In this document: one piece after another, positions 54,382 to 64,000 of the stretch | How positions within the stretch are numbered: position 1 is the first letter of the stretch | How the letters are laid out: every line of letters begins with the position of its first letter | From: a virus | Strand: one strand, 5' to 3' | Length of the DNA stretch: 64,000 nt | Virus record (IMG/VR): IMGVR_UViG_3300036846_001134 | Coordinates: 2,379 to 66,378 of that record | The notes under the pieces: generated by a model | The model's input: only the letters and a program-made list of their open reading frames with translations | The model's database searches: none | Told to the model about the DNA's origin: nothing | Position numbers and translations under genes: made by a program

Positions 54382-56279
54382 CAGTAAACGCCCGAGAAAT
54401 TCTTTCCCTTGGTGGCCACCCCGCAGCCGCGCACGCTGCCGCCGCTCTTGAACTTCTTCGGCTTGGCGAGGGTCTTCGGGAAACCGTGCCTGACCTTAGC
54501 CACGCCGCCCGCCGCCATCTTGTCGCAGCTGCCGCCTTTGTTCATGCCAGGAGGCGGCCCGCCGGGCGGCGGAGCAGCTACCGGCGCCACGCCCGGAGGC
54601 GGGCCGCCCGCCATCGCGGCCATCGACGGCGGCGGGGGCGCATCCATGTCCTCGTCGGTCACCATGGGCGGCGGTACCTTGGGCTTGGCCGCTTTCTTCG
54701 ACCCGGCCGGACGGCGGTGCTTGACCGTGCCGCCCTTGGCTTTCTTTACCGGCGGCAGGTCCTCGGCGGCCTCTTCCTTGGCTCCGAACTTGCGGCCCCG
54801 CTTGGGCGACTCGCCCTCGGCTCTTTCCTCGGCGGCATCGTTCACTTTGCCGCCGCGCGCCATCCCCGGAGGCCGGCCCTGCTGCGCCTGCTGCTGCGCC
54901 TGCTGCATGGCGAGCTGCTGCAATACAGCTGGAGGAATCTGCTGACCACCGCCCGGCGGCATGGCTCCAGAGGGAGGCCCACCAGGCGACGGACCAGGGG
55001 GTGGACCCGGCGGCATCGCACCCAAGCTCCCGCCCATTGCGGGCGGCGGACCACCCGGCGGCGGACCACCCAGCGGCGGACCCGGCGGCATGGCGCCAGG
55101 AGGCGGACCAGGAGGCATCGCGCCCATCGGCGGCCCGCCCGGAGGCGGACCCATGGGAGGCGGACCCGGCGGCGGACCAGGAGGCATCGCACCCAAGCTC
55201 GCGCCGCCTGGCGGCGGTCCAGGCGGCGGTCCCTGCGGTGGTCCAATTACCCCGCCAGGGGCGCCACCACCAGGAAATTGTGCCGGCGCCGCGAGCGGAG
55301 CCGGTGCCACGCCGGCACCAGCCGGCGGCCGCATCGGCCGCACGCCGCGCCCGCGAAAACCAGTTCGTGAATTGTCGGATGGTGTCGGTGACATGTTTCC
55401 TCCTTCTGCTTTCTTGATTGGCGGCAGATCCCACAAGGGCTTGCCCACATCGCCCCACTGACGCTCGCAATCCTCCGCCTTGACTCGCGGGCTGTCGCCG
55501 TCGGCGGCTACATCGCCTCCCTGGCTGTACTCACCGCCGAAGTCGCCGCTCAAATCGAAGCTGCCGGCGGGACGCGATAACTGAGGTTCGTTCGCGTCGG
55601 TAGAAGTGTTCGATGGGTTGTAGGTGTCGGTGTCCGTGCCCCGGCGCCCGGTCAAGCCACGCGGCGAGGTCGCCACATTGTTCTCGGAGCGCTTGCCCTT
55701 CAGGTACTGGCCGAGCAGATTGCCCGCCACGCCGCCGAGCACTCCCACACCGCCAAGGCCGCTCGCCGCACCGGCGGCAGCGACCTGCTTCCAGTCGATT
55801 GGCTTTGCAGCCGCTGGCGAATTGGATAACGACGACTGGCTGGCCGTATTGGGCGCCGTGGCGGGCGAGCTCCCGGCGGCCACGCCACCGGAAGGAGGCG
55901 GAGGCGCGGAAGCAACGGTCGGAGTCGTCGCCGCCGCCGGGGCCGTCGTGGGCGTCACCGTCGGCCGCACCGCCGCTCCCGACGGGGCCGGAGCCGGAGT
56001 GGACGGCGTGGGATTGGGGATGGCCGGCGCGGGAAGGGGCGCCGCCCGTTGCGCCGCATCCACCGGCCGCGTCATGGATTCCAAGGGGTCAAAGCCGTAG
56101 GCCGCGATCCGCAGGGCGCTATCCTCCTCGGGCGAGCGGCGGCGCGTCGGCAGATCGTTGAGCTCACCACCGTCGGCCATGCGCGCGGCCAGCTGACTCG
56201 TGCTCGCCGCATCGTCGGCGAACTTGCGTTTCGGAAAAGCGCGCCGGTGCGACGCGACCGTTATGAAGTTGTCACTCAT
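54381..56279 (-). CDS. Pro/Gly-rich low-complexity protein with repeated xxxGG motifs
   Basis: PPG repeats; ends GGSVRGCGVATKG. Confidence 0.7.
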   Translation of the reverse strand: MSDNFITVASHRRAFPKRKFADDAASTSQLAARMADGGELNDLPTRRRSPEEDSALRIAAYGFDPLESMTRPVDAAQRAAPLPAPAIPNPTPSTPAPAPSGAAVRPTVTPTTAPAAATTPTVASAPPPPSGGVAAGSSPATAPNTASQSSLSNSPAAAKPIDWKQVAAAGAASGLGGVGVLGGVAGNLLGQYLKGKRSENNVATSPRGLTGRRGTDTDTYNPSNTSTDANEPQLSRPAGSFDLSGDFGGEYSQGGDVAADGDSPRVKAEDCERQWGDVGKPLWDLPPIKKAEGGNMSPTPSDNSRTGFRGRGVRPMRPPAGAGVAPAPLAAPAQFPGGGAPGGVIGPPQGPPPGPPPGGASLGAMPPGPPPGPPPMGPPPGGPPMGAMPPGPPPGAMPPGPPLGGPPPGGPPPAMGGSLGAMPPGPPPGPSPGGPPSGAMPPGGGQQIPPAVLQQLAMQQAQQQAQQGRPPGMARGGKVNDAAEERAEGESPKRGRKFGAKEEAAEDLPPVKKAKGGTVKHRRPAGSKKAAKPKVPPPMVTDEDMDAPPPPSMAAMAGGPPPGVAPVAAPPPGGPPPGMNKGGSCDKMAAGGVAKVRHGFPKTLAKPKKFKSGGSVRGCGVATKGKNFSGVY

Positions 56280-56593
56280 GTCACTGTCACCTCCACGCTC
56301 CCCACGGAGAATGTCGCCACGATGGAATCGGTCTCGAACACGCACACCATCGCGCGGCTCGGGCCAAAGTCTTCCGGCCGCGCGACGCGCAACGCCTCGG
56401 CGTCCACGGTGAGCGCGAACGGCAGGAAGTTCTGCGGATGATCGGGGTCCCAGCAGATGGGACACGCCAAGATCCCGGTGGGCTTGCCCCGGATGGTGGT
56501 GCCGCGCAGCTCGTTGAGCATGTAGGCCACACCGCACACGTCACAGATCCCCTTGGCGTATTTGCCGGTCGCGAATTTAGCGAAGGTCGGCAT
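56276..56593 (-). CDS. Conserved zinc-binding virion-module protein
   Basis: GKYAKGICDVCG...CPICWDPDHPQ. Confidence 0.75.
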   Translation of the reverse strand: MPTFAKFATGKYAKGICDVCGVAYMLNELRGTTIRGKPTGILACPICWDPDHPQNFLPFALTVDAEALRVARPEDFGPSRAMVCVFETDSIVATFSVGSVEVTVT

Positions 56594-57270
56594 CAGTATC
56601 GATAGCCCCAGGGCACCCACTTGACGCTCGCGCGATCCCGGTCCTCGTCGCCCGCGAGCGTGAACTGTTCCTCATACGCGGCCTTCAGCATGGGCACGCG
56701 CTGCAAGACATCCTGGTCCTTCGACTTGGCCGCCAGGTAGTAGGCCAGGCCCGCCACCATGGCGGGAATGAAACGGAAGGGGATCTCGGGCGTTCCAGTC
56801 CCGCCCTGCCCCACGCTCGCCATGCGCCGCAGGCGTAAATAGGCGACCGAATAAGGCGCGGTGGTATTGGGCGGCACCTGCCACACCACGAAACTCGGCG
56901 TGATCTTGCGCACGACGTGGATTAGGGTCGGCCGGCCCTGACTCAGCTTTGAGGGGATCGCGGCGTACTCGGAGATGGTGAAGCGCGTCAGCGGGTAGTC
57001 TATCGGGTCGCCCTGTGAATCATAACCGCGCAGGTTGTGCTCGATCAGATCGATGGTGTCGTCGGGCAGGAAGTACTCTCCAACCCCCGGCACGAGGTCC
57101 ATGCTCTCCCGCTCGATGGTCCAGAGATTGAGCCCCCGGTTGCCCCACTCAATACTGAGCAGCTCGATAGAGCGGCGCGCCGTGCGCAGCGCGTAGCCAG
57201 CGCGAAACTCAATACCCGCGCGCTCGGCGGCCTCTTCAGCGATCTCCGCCACATCGAAAACCGGGAACAC
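56593..57270 (-). CDS. Head-tail adaptor-like protein
   Basis: EEAAERAG...TARRS..LL..EWGNRGLNLWT...AGLAYYLA...EDRDRAS. Confidence 0.75.
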   Translation of the reverse strand: MFPVFDVAEIAEEAAERAGIEFRAGYALRTARRSIELLSIEWGNRGLNLWTIERESMDLVPGVGEYFLPDDTIDLIEHNLRGYDSQGDPIDYPLTRFTISEYAAIPSKLSQGRPTLIHVVRKITPSFVVWQVPPNTTAPYSVAYLRLRRMASVGQGGTGTPEIPFRFIPAMVAGLAYYLAAKSKDQDVLQRVPMLKAAYEEQFTLAGDEDRDRASVKWVPWGYRY

Positions 57271-57422
57271 TATTTTTCCTTTCGCGCCTGGTTGAGGGCT
57301 ATCGCGATGGCCTGTTTTTGGTTGCCTACCTTGGGGCCTTTCTTGCTACCGCTGTGAAGCGTTCCGCGTTTAAATTCCCCCATAACCTTGGCCACTTTTT
57401 CGTTGCGCCGCTGCTTGTTCAT
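57270..57422 (-). CDS. Small basic protein (DUF6496-like)
   Basis: KVAKVMGEFKRGTLHSG...KQAIAIAL. Confidence 0.7.
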   Translation of the reverse strand: MNKQRRNEKVAKVMGEFKRGTLHSGSKKGPKVGNQKQAIAIALNQARKEK

Positions 57423-57499
57423 AACACACTCCGGGCCACTCTCGGTAGTTGCATTATACAAATCCGCCGGAGTCAAGTTACCCGCTACCCGCCAGCTCC

Positions 57500-57640
57500 C
57501 GCTAGTTATGCGAGTATTCCAAGAATTGCAAGAAATGCTAGCTTTGCAAGAAATGCGAGAATTACTCAAATTGTAAGTTATGCGAGATAAGTTCGAATTG
57601 CAAGAATTGAAGATAACTTGCAGATTCTGCACGAGTTGTG
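57500..57640. promoter_or_regulatory. Divergent control region with TTGCAAGAA / TGCGAG repeats
   Basis: ttgcaagaa three times and agttatgcgag twice in AT-rich DNA between the late (-) and replication (+) operons. Confidence 0.6.
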
Positions 57641-57798
57641 AAGAATCATCCAGGCTAACACTTGTCCTCCAGAAAAAGGTTGACTTTTGCTTGTAACCCT
57701 ATCAAACTCGATTCTTCCGACCAGACAATTTCAGTCAGGCCGGCCATAAAAGCGAGCGGCTCCCCGGAGCACGTTGGCGGATAGGCCATAGGCTAGTT

Positions 57799-59226
57799 AT
57801 GTCTGCACTTAGTAGCGAAGTCCATCCCGCGATCCCCCACGAGAAACACCCCTCCTGGAACCATCAACGCGCCGCCTATTGGTTTGTCTCGCGGCTATGG
57901 CTCGCAGGGATGAATGGGGCCATGCTCGCCATGGACATGGGCACCGGCAAGACCAAGGTGGCCATCGACCTGGCGGGCTCTCTCGGCCCATCAGCGATGC
58001 TGGTGGTCTGTCCCCTGCGCGTGGTGGGCGTGTGGGAAGCACAACTCCGGCAGCACGCGAGCTTCCCCTACGTCTTTGCCGCGCTCGACGACCGGGTGCG
58101 CGGCACCGACCGCAAGGCCCTGCTCGCGCGCGACATGCTGGCCGGCGCCCGGCAGGCGCGGCGCACCGCCGTGATCTGCGTGAACTACGAGAGCATGTGG
58201 CTAGAGCCCTTCGCTTCACTCGCGCTCAACACCGCCTGGGGCCTGGTGATCGCCGATGAAAGCCACCGTTGCAAGCAGGCTTCCGGCAAGGCGTCGCGTT
58301 TCCTCGGCAAACTCGCGCTGCGCGCGCAGAAGCGCCTATGCCTCACCGGAACGCCTTTTCCCTACTCGCCGCACGATATCTGGGCGCAGTACCGCTTCCT
58401 CGACCGTTCAATCTTCGATGAGACCTATACGGGTTTTAAAACCCGCTACGCCATTTTCGGCGGCTTTGAGAACCGCGTAGTCAAAGCCTGGCGCGACCTG
58501 GACGACTTGAACCGCAAGTTCTACCAGATTGCTTTCCGCGTGGAGGCCAAGGACGTGCTCGACCTGCCGCCCGAGATGGACCAGCCGCTCTACTGCACGC
58601 TCTCCACCAAGGCGCAGCGCATCTACGACGAGCTGGAACGCGACTTCATCACCTGGCTCGACGGCCCGGAAGATCAGCTCACTATCGCGAACGCCATGGT
58701 GCTGTTGCTCCGCCTGCAACAGCTCACCGGCGGCGTGCTCCGGGACGATAACAAAGTCGAACACCGGATCGATACCGCCAAGGAAGACCTGCTCGCCGAC
58801 TGGCTGGAGGACGTGGACCCCGCCGAAAGCGTGGTGGTCTTCGCACTGTTTCACGCCGACCTCGACGCCATCGCGCGGGTCTGCGAGAAGCTGGGGCGCC
58901 CGTACTTCGAGTGCAGCGGGCGCGTCAGCCAGGTCGATCAGTGGAAGGCCGCCAGGGGCGCGGTCCTGATTGCCCAGATTCAGGCGGCCGGCGAGGGGCA
59001 GGACTTCACGCTCGCGCGCCTGGTCTGCTACTACTCGACCGGCTTCCGCCTCGGCAACTATCTGCAATCCCGCAAGCGCGTCCACCGGCCAGGCCAAACC
59101 CGCCCGGTCGTCTACTATCACCTGCTAGCCAAGGACACCATCGACGAGATCGTCCTCCGCGCCATCGAGGCGCGGTGGGACCTGGTCGAGAGCGTCATGA
59201 AGGAGCTCAAACGACATGGAATCTGA
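57799..59226 (+). CDS. SNF2-family helicase
   Basis: MDMGTGKT, IADESH, LTGTP, QS.KRVHRPGQ. Confidence 0.92.
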   Translation: MSALSSEVHPAIPHEKHPSWNHQRAAYWFVSRLWLAGMNGAMLAMDMGTGKTKVAIDLAGSLGPSAMLVVCPLRVVGVWEAQLRQHASFPYVFAALDDRVRGTDRKALLARDMLAGARQARRTAVICVNYESMWLEPFASLALNTAWGLVIADESHRCKQASGKASRFLGKLALRAQKRLCLTGTPFPYSPHDIWAQYRFLDRSIFDETYTGFKTRYAIFGGFENRVVKAWRDLDDLNRKFYQIAFRVEAKDVLDLPPEMDQPLYCTLSTKAQRIYDELERDFITWLDGPEDQLTIANAMVLLLRLQQLTGGVLRDDNKVEHRIDTAKEDLLADWLEDVDPAESVVVFALFHADLDAIARVCEKLGRPYFECSGRVSQVDQWKAARGAVLIAQIQAAGEGQDFTLARLVCYYSTGFRLGNYLQSRKRVHRPGQTRPVVYYHLLAKDTIDEIVLRAIEARWDLVESVMKELKRHGI

Positions 59227-59707
59227 AATCATCCCCTCCGGTGAAGTTGCATTGACCGACACCGAAAGCAGCGCGTTTAAGGACTTCGCCGCCTACGCCG
59301 CGATGATCGACGAACGCAAGGACCTCTCCACCCGCCTGAAGGCCATCGAGATCCAGATCGACAAGATCACGCCGCGCCTGATGAATTACTTCGAGACCAG
59401 CGGGATCACCTCGGTGCGCGTCAACCGCGTGACCATCTTTCTGCGACGCGAACTCTGGGCAAGACCCAAACTCAGCGGCGACCGAAACCGCGTCTGCCTC
59501 GCCCTCCAGGCCGCCGGTATGGGCCATTTTGTTGAGCCCAACTACAACGCGCAGACGCTCTCGGCGTGGGTCCGAAACCTCGAAGACCAGCACATCGAGG
59601 AGATCACCGAGCAAGGCAAAACCGTAGCCGACTTCCTGCCGCCAGGCGTGGCCGCCGTATTGAGCGTCGAGCCCACCTGGAAAATTCAAGGCCGTAAAAC
59701 CGCCTAA
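59216..59707 (+). CDS. Replication-module protein (gp33-like)
   Basis: Coiled N-terminus; NAQTLSAWV motif. Confidence 0.6.
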   Translation: MESEIIPSGEVALTDTESSAFKDFAAYAAMIDERKDLSTRLKAIEIQIDKITPRLMNYFETSGITSVRVNRVTIFLRRELWARPKLSGDRNRVCLALQAAGMGHFVEPNYNAQTLSAWVRNLEDQHIEEITEQGKTVADFLPPGVAAVLSVEPTWKIQGRKTA

Positions 59708-59766
59708 CCTTCAACCCCAAGTCAAACCCACTCCGCTTTTTTGGCGGAGCTAAAGGAGCACGTCCC

Positions 59767-60510
59767 ATGGAAAGAAACACTGCCACCGAAGTCATGACGC
59801 TGCACGAGCGTTTCCCCATCATTGACCCCCTGACCAACAAGGAAATCCTCGCCCTGAGCAACGCCAACATGGGCACGCGCGGCGTGGATCTCACCCAGCT
59901 CGACCGGGTGCTTTGCCCGACCGGCGGCGGGCAGAGCTTCGAGCTGCCCACGCTCGACGGCACTACCAGCGTCAAGCATATTTCCGGTTTCATCGTCGCC
60001 TGGCGCGAAAGCCGCCTGTACTACGACACTCCCTACGGCGAGGGCGGCATCAAGAAAATTCCCAAATGCAAAAGCCAGGACGGCGTCTGGGGCGTGGGCG
60101 ACCCCGGCGGCGACTGCGAACAGTGCCCCTACTCGCAATTCGGCTCCGATCCCAAGGGCGGCCGGGGCCAGGCCTGCAAGCAGATCCGCCAGATGCTGTT
60201 CCTGCGCGACGGCGAAATCGTCCCCAACCTGATCAACATCCCGCCCACCTCGCTCAAAAACGCGCGCCAGTATTTTTTGCGCCTGCTGAGCGCGCGCGTG
60301 CCCCACTGGGCAATCCTCACCAACCTCTCGCTCGAACGCACGCAGAACAGCGACGGCATCAACTACGCGCGCATTGTCTTCTCTAGCGGCCAGCGCCTCA
60401 AGCCCGAGGAACGGGCTCTGATGCAGCCCTTCGCCGAGAAGATGGCCGGCCTGCTCCAGCCAATGGAGGTCGAAACCGACAGCTACGAAATCCGCGACGA
60501 CGAGCGTTAG
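59767..60510 (+). CDS. Putative ssDNA-binding protein
   Basis: CKSQDG...CEQCPYSQFGS...GQACK...IPPTSLK; acidic C-terminus. Confidence 0.65.
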   Translation: MERNTATEVMTLHERFPIIDPLTNKEILALSNANMGTRGVDLTQLDRVLCPTGGGQSFELPTLDGTTSVKHISGFIVAWRESRLYYDTPYGEGGIKKIPKCKSQDGVWGVGDPGGDCEQCPYSQFGSDPKGGRGQACKQIRQMLFLRDGEIVPNLINIPPTSLKNARQYFLRLLSARVPHWAILTNLSLERTQNSDGINYARIVFSSGQRLKPEERALMQPFAEKMAGLLQPMEVETDSYEIRDDER

Positions 60511-60526
60511 CAAAAGGAGCGGCGCC

Positions 60527-63070
60527 ATGATCTTCCCCGCGCACGGCGCATTCCAGCCCACGATCTCCGAGTCGGAGCGCTTCTTCAAGCACGAGTGCCC
60601 GGACGCGCGCGCCATCGGCAGGGACTGCATGGAGAGTCCCTGCACGATGCACGGCGGCGACAACCCGCGCGCGCTCGCCATCGACAACCGCCAGGGGATC
60701 GCCCACTGCCACACCAAATGCGGGCGCGGGTGGGGCATGTACCAATGGGTCGAGCAACGCCACGGCCTGCACGGCGAGGAAGCCTGGCAGTACATCTACG
60801 ACATCATCGGCCGGCCCACCGAGTCGCCCTGGAACCTGCCCTTCCGCGCGCCCACGGAAATCACCACCCAGCCCTGGCGCCTGCGGCTGCTCGCCAAAAA
60901 CATCGAGGAGGGCCGCGCCTGGCTGGCCGTCAAAGCCAAGGGCGGCACCTGGCAGCCGCGCGCGCTCTACGTCTACGGGCAGCGCATCAAGGTGCGCTTC
61001 GACAACACCGAGAAACCCGGCGACAAACAGATGCTCTGGTACGAGCCCGGCCCCAACAAGGGCTGGGCGCGCAAGCTCAACCGCGAAAAGCTGACGCCGC
61101 TCTACCACGAGGGCGAGGTGGTGGCCGCCGCGCAGAATCACGGCGTGATCGTGCTCGCCAACGGCGAGAAGGCGCGCGACCGCGTCAAGAGTAGCGGCTG
61201 GCCGGTGGCCGTGACCTGCCTGCCCAACGGCGAGAAGAGCTGGAACGATCAGTACGCCGAGCGCTTCCGGGGCGCCGAGATGGTCTATGTCTGCTGCGAC
61301 AACGACCTGGTGGGCGCGGGCTGCGGGCGCAAGAACGCGGGCTCACTGATCGCGGCCGGCATCCCGGCCCGCGTGGTCACCCTGCCCGGCCTGCCCGAAT
61401 CGGGCGACCTGTGGGACTGGGATGAGCTCGGCCACAGCTTCGAGGAATTTCTCGCCATCGCCAAGGACAGCCCGCTGGGCGATCCGGCCGACGCCAAACG
61501 AACGCGCAACAGCGCTCCGTCGAACGGCGGGTCGAACGGCCAGCCGGCCCGCGAAGAAGTGCCGCCGGGCGGAGAGCCGCCCGCGCCGCCGTCCGATGCC
61601 GAAGCGGAAACCGGCGAGCCGGACATGACGCGCCTGGAGCGCAATGACACCGGCAACGGGCTGCGCTTGATCCGCTTTACCAAGGGCGACCTGTGCTACA
61701 CGTCCGCGCTCGGCTGGTTTGTATGGAGCGGCGCCTATTGGAAGCCCGACACCGACGAGTGCGCCACCTACCGCTACGCCCGCGACGCCATGGAACTAAC
61801 CCAAATGCAGGCCACCACCAAAAACGACGAGGGCCTCTGGAAGCACGGGCACAAAACCCGCAACATGGGCGGCCTCGACAACATGGTCAAGGCGGCGCGG
61901 CGCATGCTGGCAGTTGATATCGAGGTACTCGACGCCAAGCCCCGCCTGATCCCGCTGTTAAATGGCACCTTCGATCTCGACACCGGGCAACTGCGGCCCT
62001 CGCGGCGCGAGGACTATTTCACGCGCATCATCCCGCACAACTATGACCCCACCCTCGGGCCGCCCAAACGCTTCCTCGAAGTACTCGACGAGCTGATGGG
62101 CGGCGGTCCCGACGCCGGGCAGGAGGCCATCGAAAAGGCCTGGCGCATGATCGAGTACCTGCAAAAAGTCTTCGGCTATGCCATCACCGGCGATGTCAGT
62201 GAAAAAATCTTCTTCTGCTTTTATGGCCGCAGCGGCAACAACGGCAAATCCACCGTGCTCGCCATCCTGGAGATGATTTTCGGCGATTGCTCGCAACGCA
62301 TCAGCGCCAGCATACTGACTAATACGCGCGCGGTCGGCGATAACAACCGGCGCATGGAGCTCGCCACCACGCGCGGCGCGCGCCTGGTAATTTCGAGCGA
62401 GCCGCCCGCCGGCCATAAATTCGATGAGGCCCTGCTCAAAACCCTCACGCAGGGCATCGGCACGATCTCGGCCAACCTGAAGTATCGCGACTCGATTACC
62501 TTCACGCCCACCGCCAAGGTCTTCCTCGAAACCAACGAGGTGCCACGCATCGACACCGAGGACGACGCCTTCATACGGCGCCTGCACGCGATCCACTTTG
62601 CAGTGCAAATCTCAGCCGAACGCATGAATAAACGCCTGGTGGAGGAACTGCGCCCGGAGGCCGACCAGATTACCACCTGGTTCATTGAAGGCGCCATGCG
62701 CCGGGAAAAAGAAGGCCTGATGCGGCCGCTCGACGTGGAGCGCAATGTGCAGACGCTGAAAGAAGAAAACGTGGAAGGCGACGGCCTCGGCGACTTCTTC
62801 CGCGAGGCCTGCACAGTCGGCCCCCAGGAGACCACCAGCTGCACTTTTTCCGAACTGATGGCAGCCTACGGCGCCTGGTGCAAAAAGCAGGAACAGCGCC
62901 CGCTCCTGCCGGTTCACTTCTCGCAGCGCCTGCGCCTGCGGCCGCAGCTGTTTTCCGTTATAAAGCCAACCAGCAAGCACGCCGGCAATTCCACGCGGGT
63001 CAGAGGGATCACGCCCAATGACATGCGCGCATCCATTCAACCCTCACGCCAATACAAGGACGACGACTGA
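60527..63070 (+). CDS. Primase-helicase (Zn finger, TOPRIM, D5/P4-type SF3 helicase)
   Basis: C..H...CHTKC; NGEK...CCDND; D5_N; GRSGNNGKST; LETNEVP...RRL. Confidence 0.92.
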   Translation: MIFPAHGAFQPTISESERFFKHECPDARAIGRDCMESPCTMHGGDNPRALAIDNRQGIAHCHTKCGRGWGMYQWVEQRHGLHGEEAWQYIYDIIGRPTESPWNLPFRAPTEITTQPWRLRLLAKNIEEGRAWLAVKAKGGTWQPRALYVYGQRIKVRFDNTEKPGDKQMLWYEPGPNKGWARKLNREKLTPLYHEGEVVAAAQNHGVIVLANGEKARDRVKSSGWPVAVTCLPNGEKSWNDQYAERFRGAEMVYVCCDNDLVGAGCGRKNAGSLIAAGIPARVVTLPGLPESGDLWDWDELGHSFEEFLAIAKDSPLGDPADAKRTRNSAPSNGGSNGQPAREEVPPGGEPPAPPSDAEAETGEPDMTRLERNDTGNGLRLIRFTKGDLCYTSALGWFVWSGAYWKPDTDECATYRYARDAMELTQMQATTKNDEGLWKHGHKTRNMGGLDNMVKAARRMLAVDIEVLDAKPRLIPLLNGTFDLDTGQLRPSRREDYFTRIIPHNYDPTLGPPKRFLEVLDELMGGGPDAGQEAIEKAWRMIEYLQKVFGYAITGDVSEKIFFCFYGRSGNNGKSTVLAILEMIFGDCSQRISASILTNTRAVGDNNRRMELATTRGARLVISSEPPAGHKFDEALLKTLTQGIGTISANLKYRDSITFTPTAKVFLETNEVPRIDTEDDAFIRRLHAIHFAVQISAERMNKRLVEELRPEADQITTWFIEGAMRREKEGLMRPLDVERNVQTLKEENVEGDGLGDFFREACTVGPQETTSCTFSELMAAYGAWCKKQEQRPLLPVHFSQRLRLRPQLFSVIKPTSKHAGNSTRVRGITPNDMRASIQPSRQYKDDD

Positions 63071-63071
63071 A

Positions 63072-63374
63072 ATGAGCTACGTAATCCGCCTGCTCCAAAC
63101 CCGCCACGGCGAGCCCACCGAGTTCGACGGGCAGTTCGTCAGCGAATACGACCCCGCCTATGTCCACCCCGAGGGGTACGACGGGGGCATCCTTCACACC
63201 ACGCCCGACCTGGCGCGCGCCAAGCGCTTCGATACCATGCTGGAAGCCATTGCCTACTACCGGCAGAAGTACGGCATGCGGGAGAACGGCGAGCCCAACC
63301 GCCCGCTGACCGCCTGGAACGTGGAAATCTTCAGCGAGCCCAGGGCCGCCGACCTGGCCAGGAGGCGCGCATGA
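63072..63374 (+). CDS. Hypothetical protein
   Basis: GEPNRPLTAWNVEI motif. Confidence 0.7.
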   Translation: MSYVIRLLQTRHGEPTEFDGQFVSEYDPAYVHPEGYDGGILHTTPDLARAKRFDTMLEAIAYYRQKYGMRENGEPNRPLTAWNVEIFSEPRAADLARRRA

Positions 63375-63664
63375 GCCCCAACGCGCGCGAGCTGGAGCTT
63401 CTGCAACGCGAGCAGGTCAAGGAGCGCGCCTGGCTCGCGACCATCGAGGCCGCCATCGAGCAGCTGCGCCACGCCGACCACATGCTGAGCGACGCCCACG
63501 CCATGCAGGCCACGCTGTTTGAGAAGATCGCCGAGCTGGAGGAACTGCGCCGCCAGGAAAAAGAACAGCTGATTCTGAAAATTGCTCGGCTGCAAGCGGA
63601 GAACCAGCAGCTGCGCGCGATCAACACCGTGCGGGGCCTTGGCGGCGTTCTGGGGGGCATATGA
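63371..63664 (+). CDS. Coiled-coil protein
   Basis: ATGA overlap, GGAGG RBS. Confidence 0.65.
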   Translation: MSPNARELELLQREQVKERAWLATIEAAIEQLRHADHMLSDAHAMQATLFEKIAELEELRRQEKEQLILKIARLQAENQQLRAINTVRGLGGVLGGI

Positions 63665-63954
63665 CCGCGCGCGAGTGGCTGGACGAGCGGTTTCCCGGCG
63701 AGATCCTGGTGGCCGACGGCTACGACGACGCCAACCTGGGCTACGCCTACACGCCGGGGCGGAGCTACTACGTGGTCTACGACGCCGACAAGTGCATCGA
63801 GCTCTTGCTCGCCGACAGCGACATGACCACCGACGACGCCTGGGAGTACTTCGAGTTCAATGTCGAGGGCGCCTGGGTGGGCGAGGGCGCCTGGGTGGGC
63901 GAGGGCACGCCGGTGTTCATGCGGCGAATCAGTAAAGAGGACCTGGAGGACTGA
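63661..63954 (+). CDS. Conserved small acidic phage protein
   Basis: ADGYDDA...VVYD..KCIE...AWEYFEFNVEGAWVGE.TP; GAWVGE is duplicated. Confidence 0.75.
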   Translation: MTAREWLDERFPGEILVADGYDDANLGYAYTPGRSYYVVYDADKCIELLLADSDMTTDDAWEYFEFNVEGAWVGEGAWVGEGTPVFMRRISKEDLED

Positions 63955-64000
63955 TATGCCGGTTAAGAAACGATCCACCAACAGCAACCGGGGGCGCCTG

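Noticed and set aside
54960-55260. GGCGGACC-type tandem DNA repeats
   Set aside because: Explained by PPG-rich coding sequence
1-64000. Lysis cassette or DNA polymerase
   Set aside because: None recognised; they probably lie outside the window or are absent, so the small TM genes were not called holins

Overview
This window is most of a high-GC, temperate, podovirus-like dsDNA phage genome in its unintegrated form: attP is intact (3' half of tRNA-Lys(TTT)) beside a tyrosine integrase. It encodes TerL, portal, scaffold, major capsid, a GroES-like co-chaperonin, ejection proteins (one with an SLT domain), tail proteins, a GH18 hydrolase, an Acb2/Tad1-like sponge, an SNF2 helicase and a primase-helicase. 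The host may be an acidobacterium (weak inference). The standout is the early region (about 2.5-10.2 kb). There, about 20 small host-takeover-type genes are punctuated by nine type I hammerhead ribozymes plus one remnant. Each ribozyme starts at or just after a stop codon, and they are interleaved with six near-identical TTGACA promoters that carry a TTTCACCCC upstream box. The stems covary, two copies have a swapped U15.1-A16.1 core pair, one has a loop II pseudoknot, and most have a competing 3' hairpin. This looks like a self-cleaving-RNA system that segments the early transcript. All calls were made by eye; no searches or folding programs were run.
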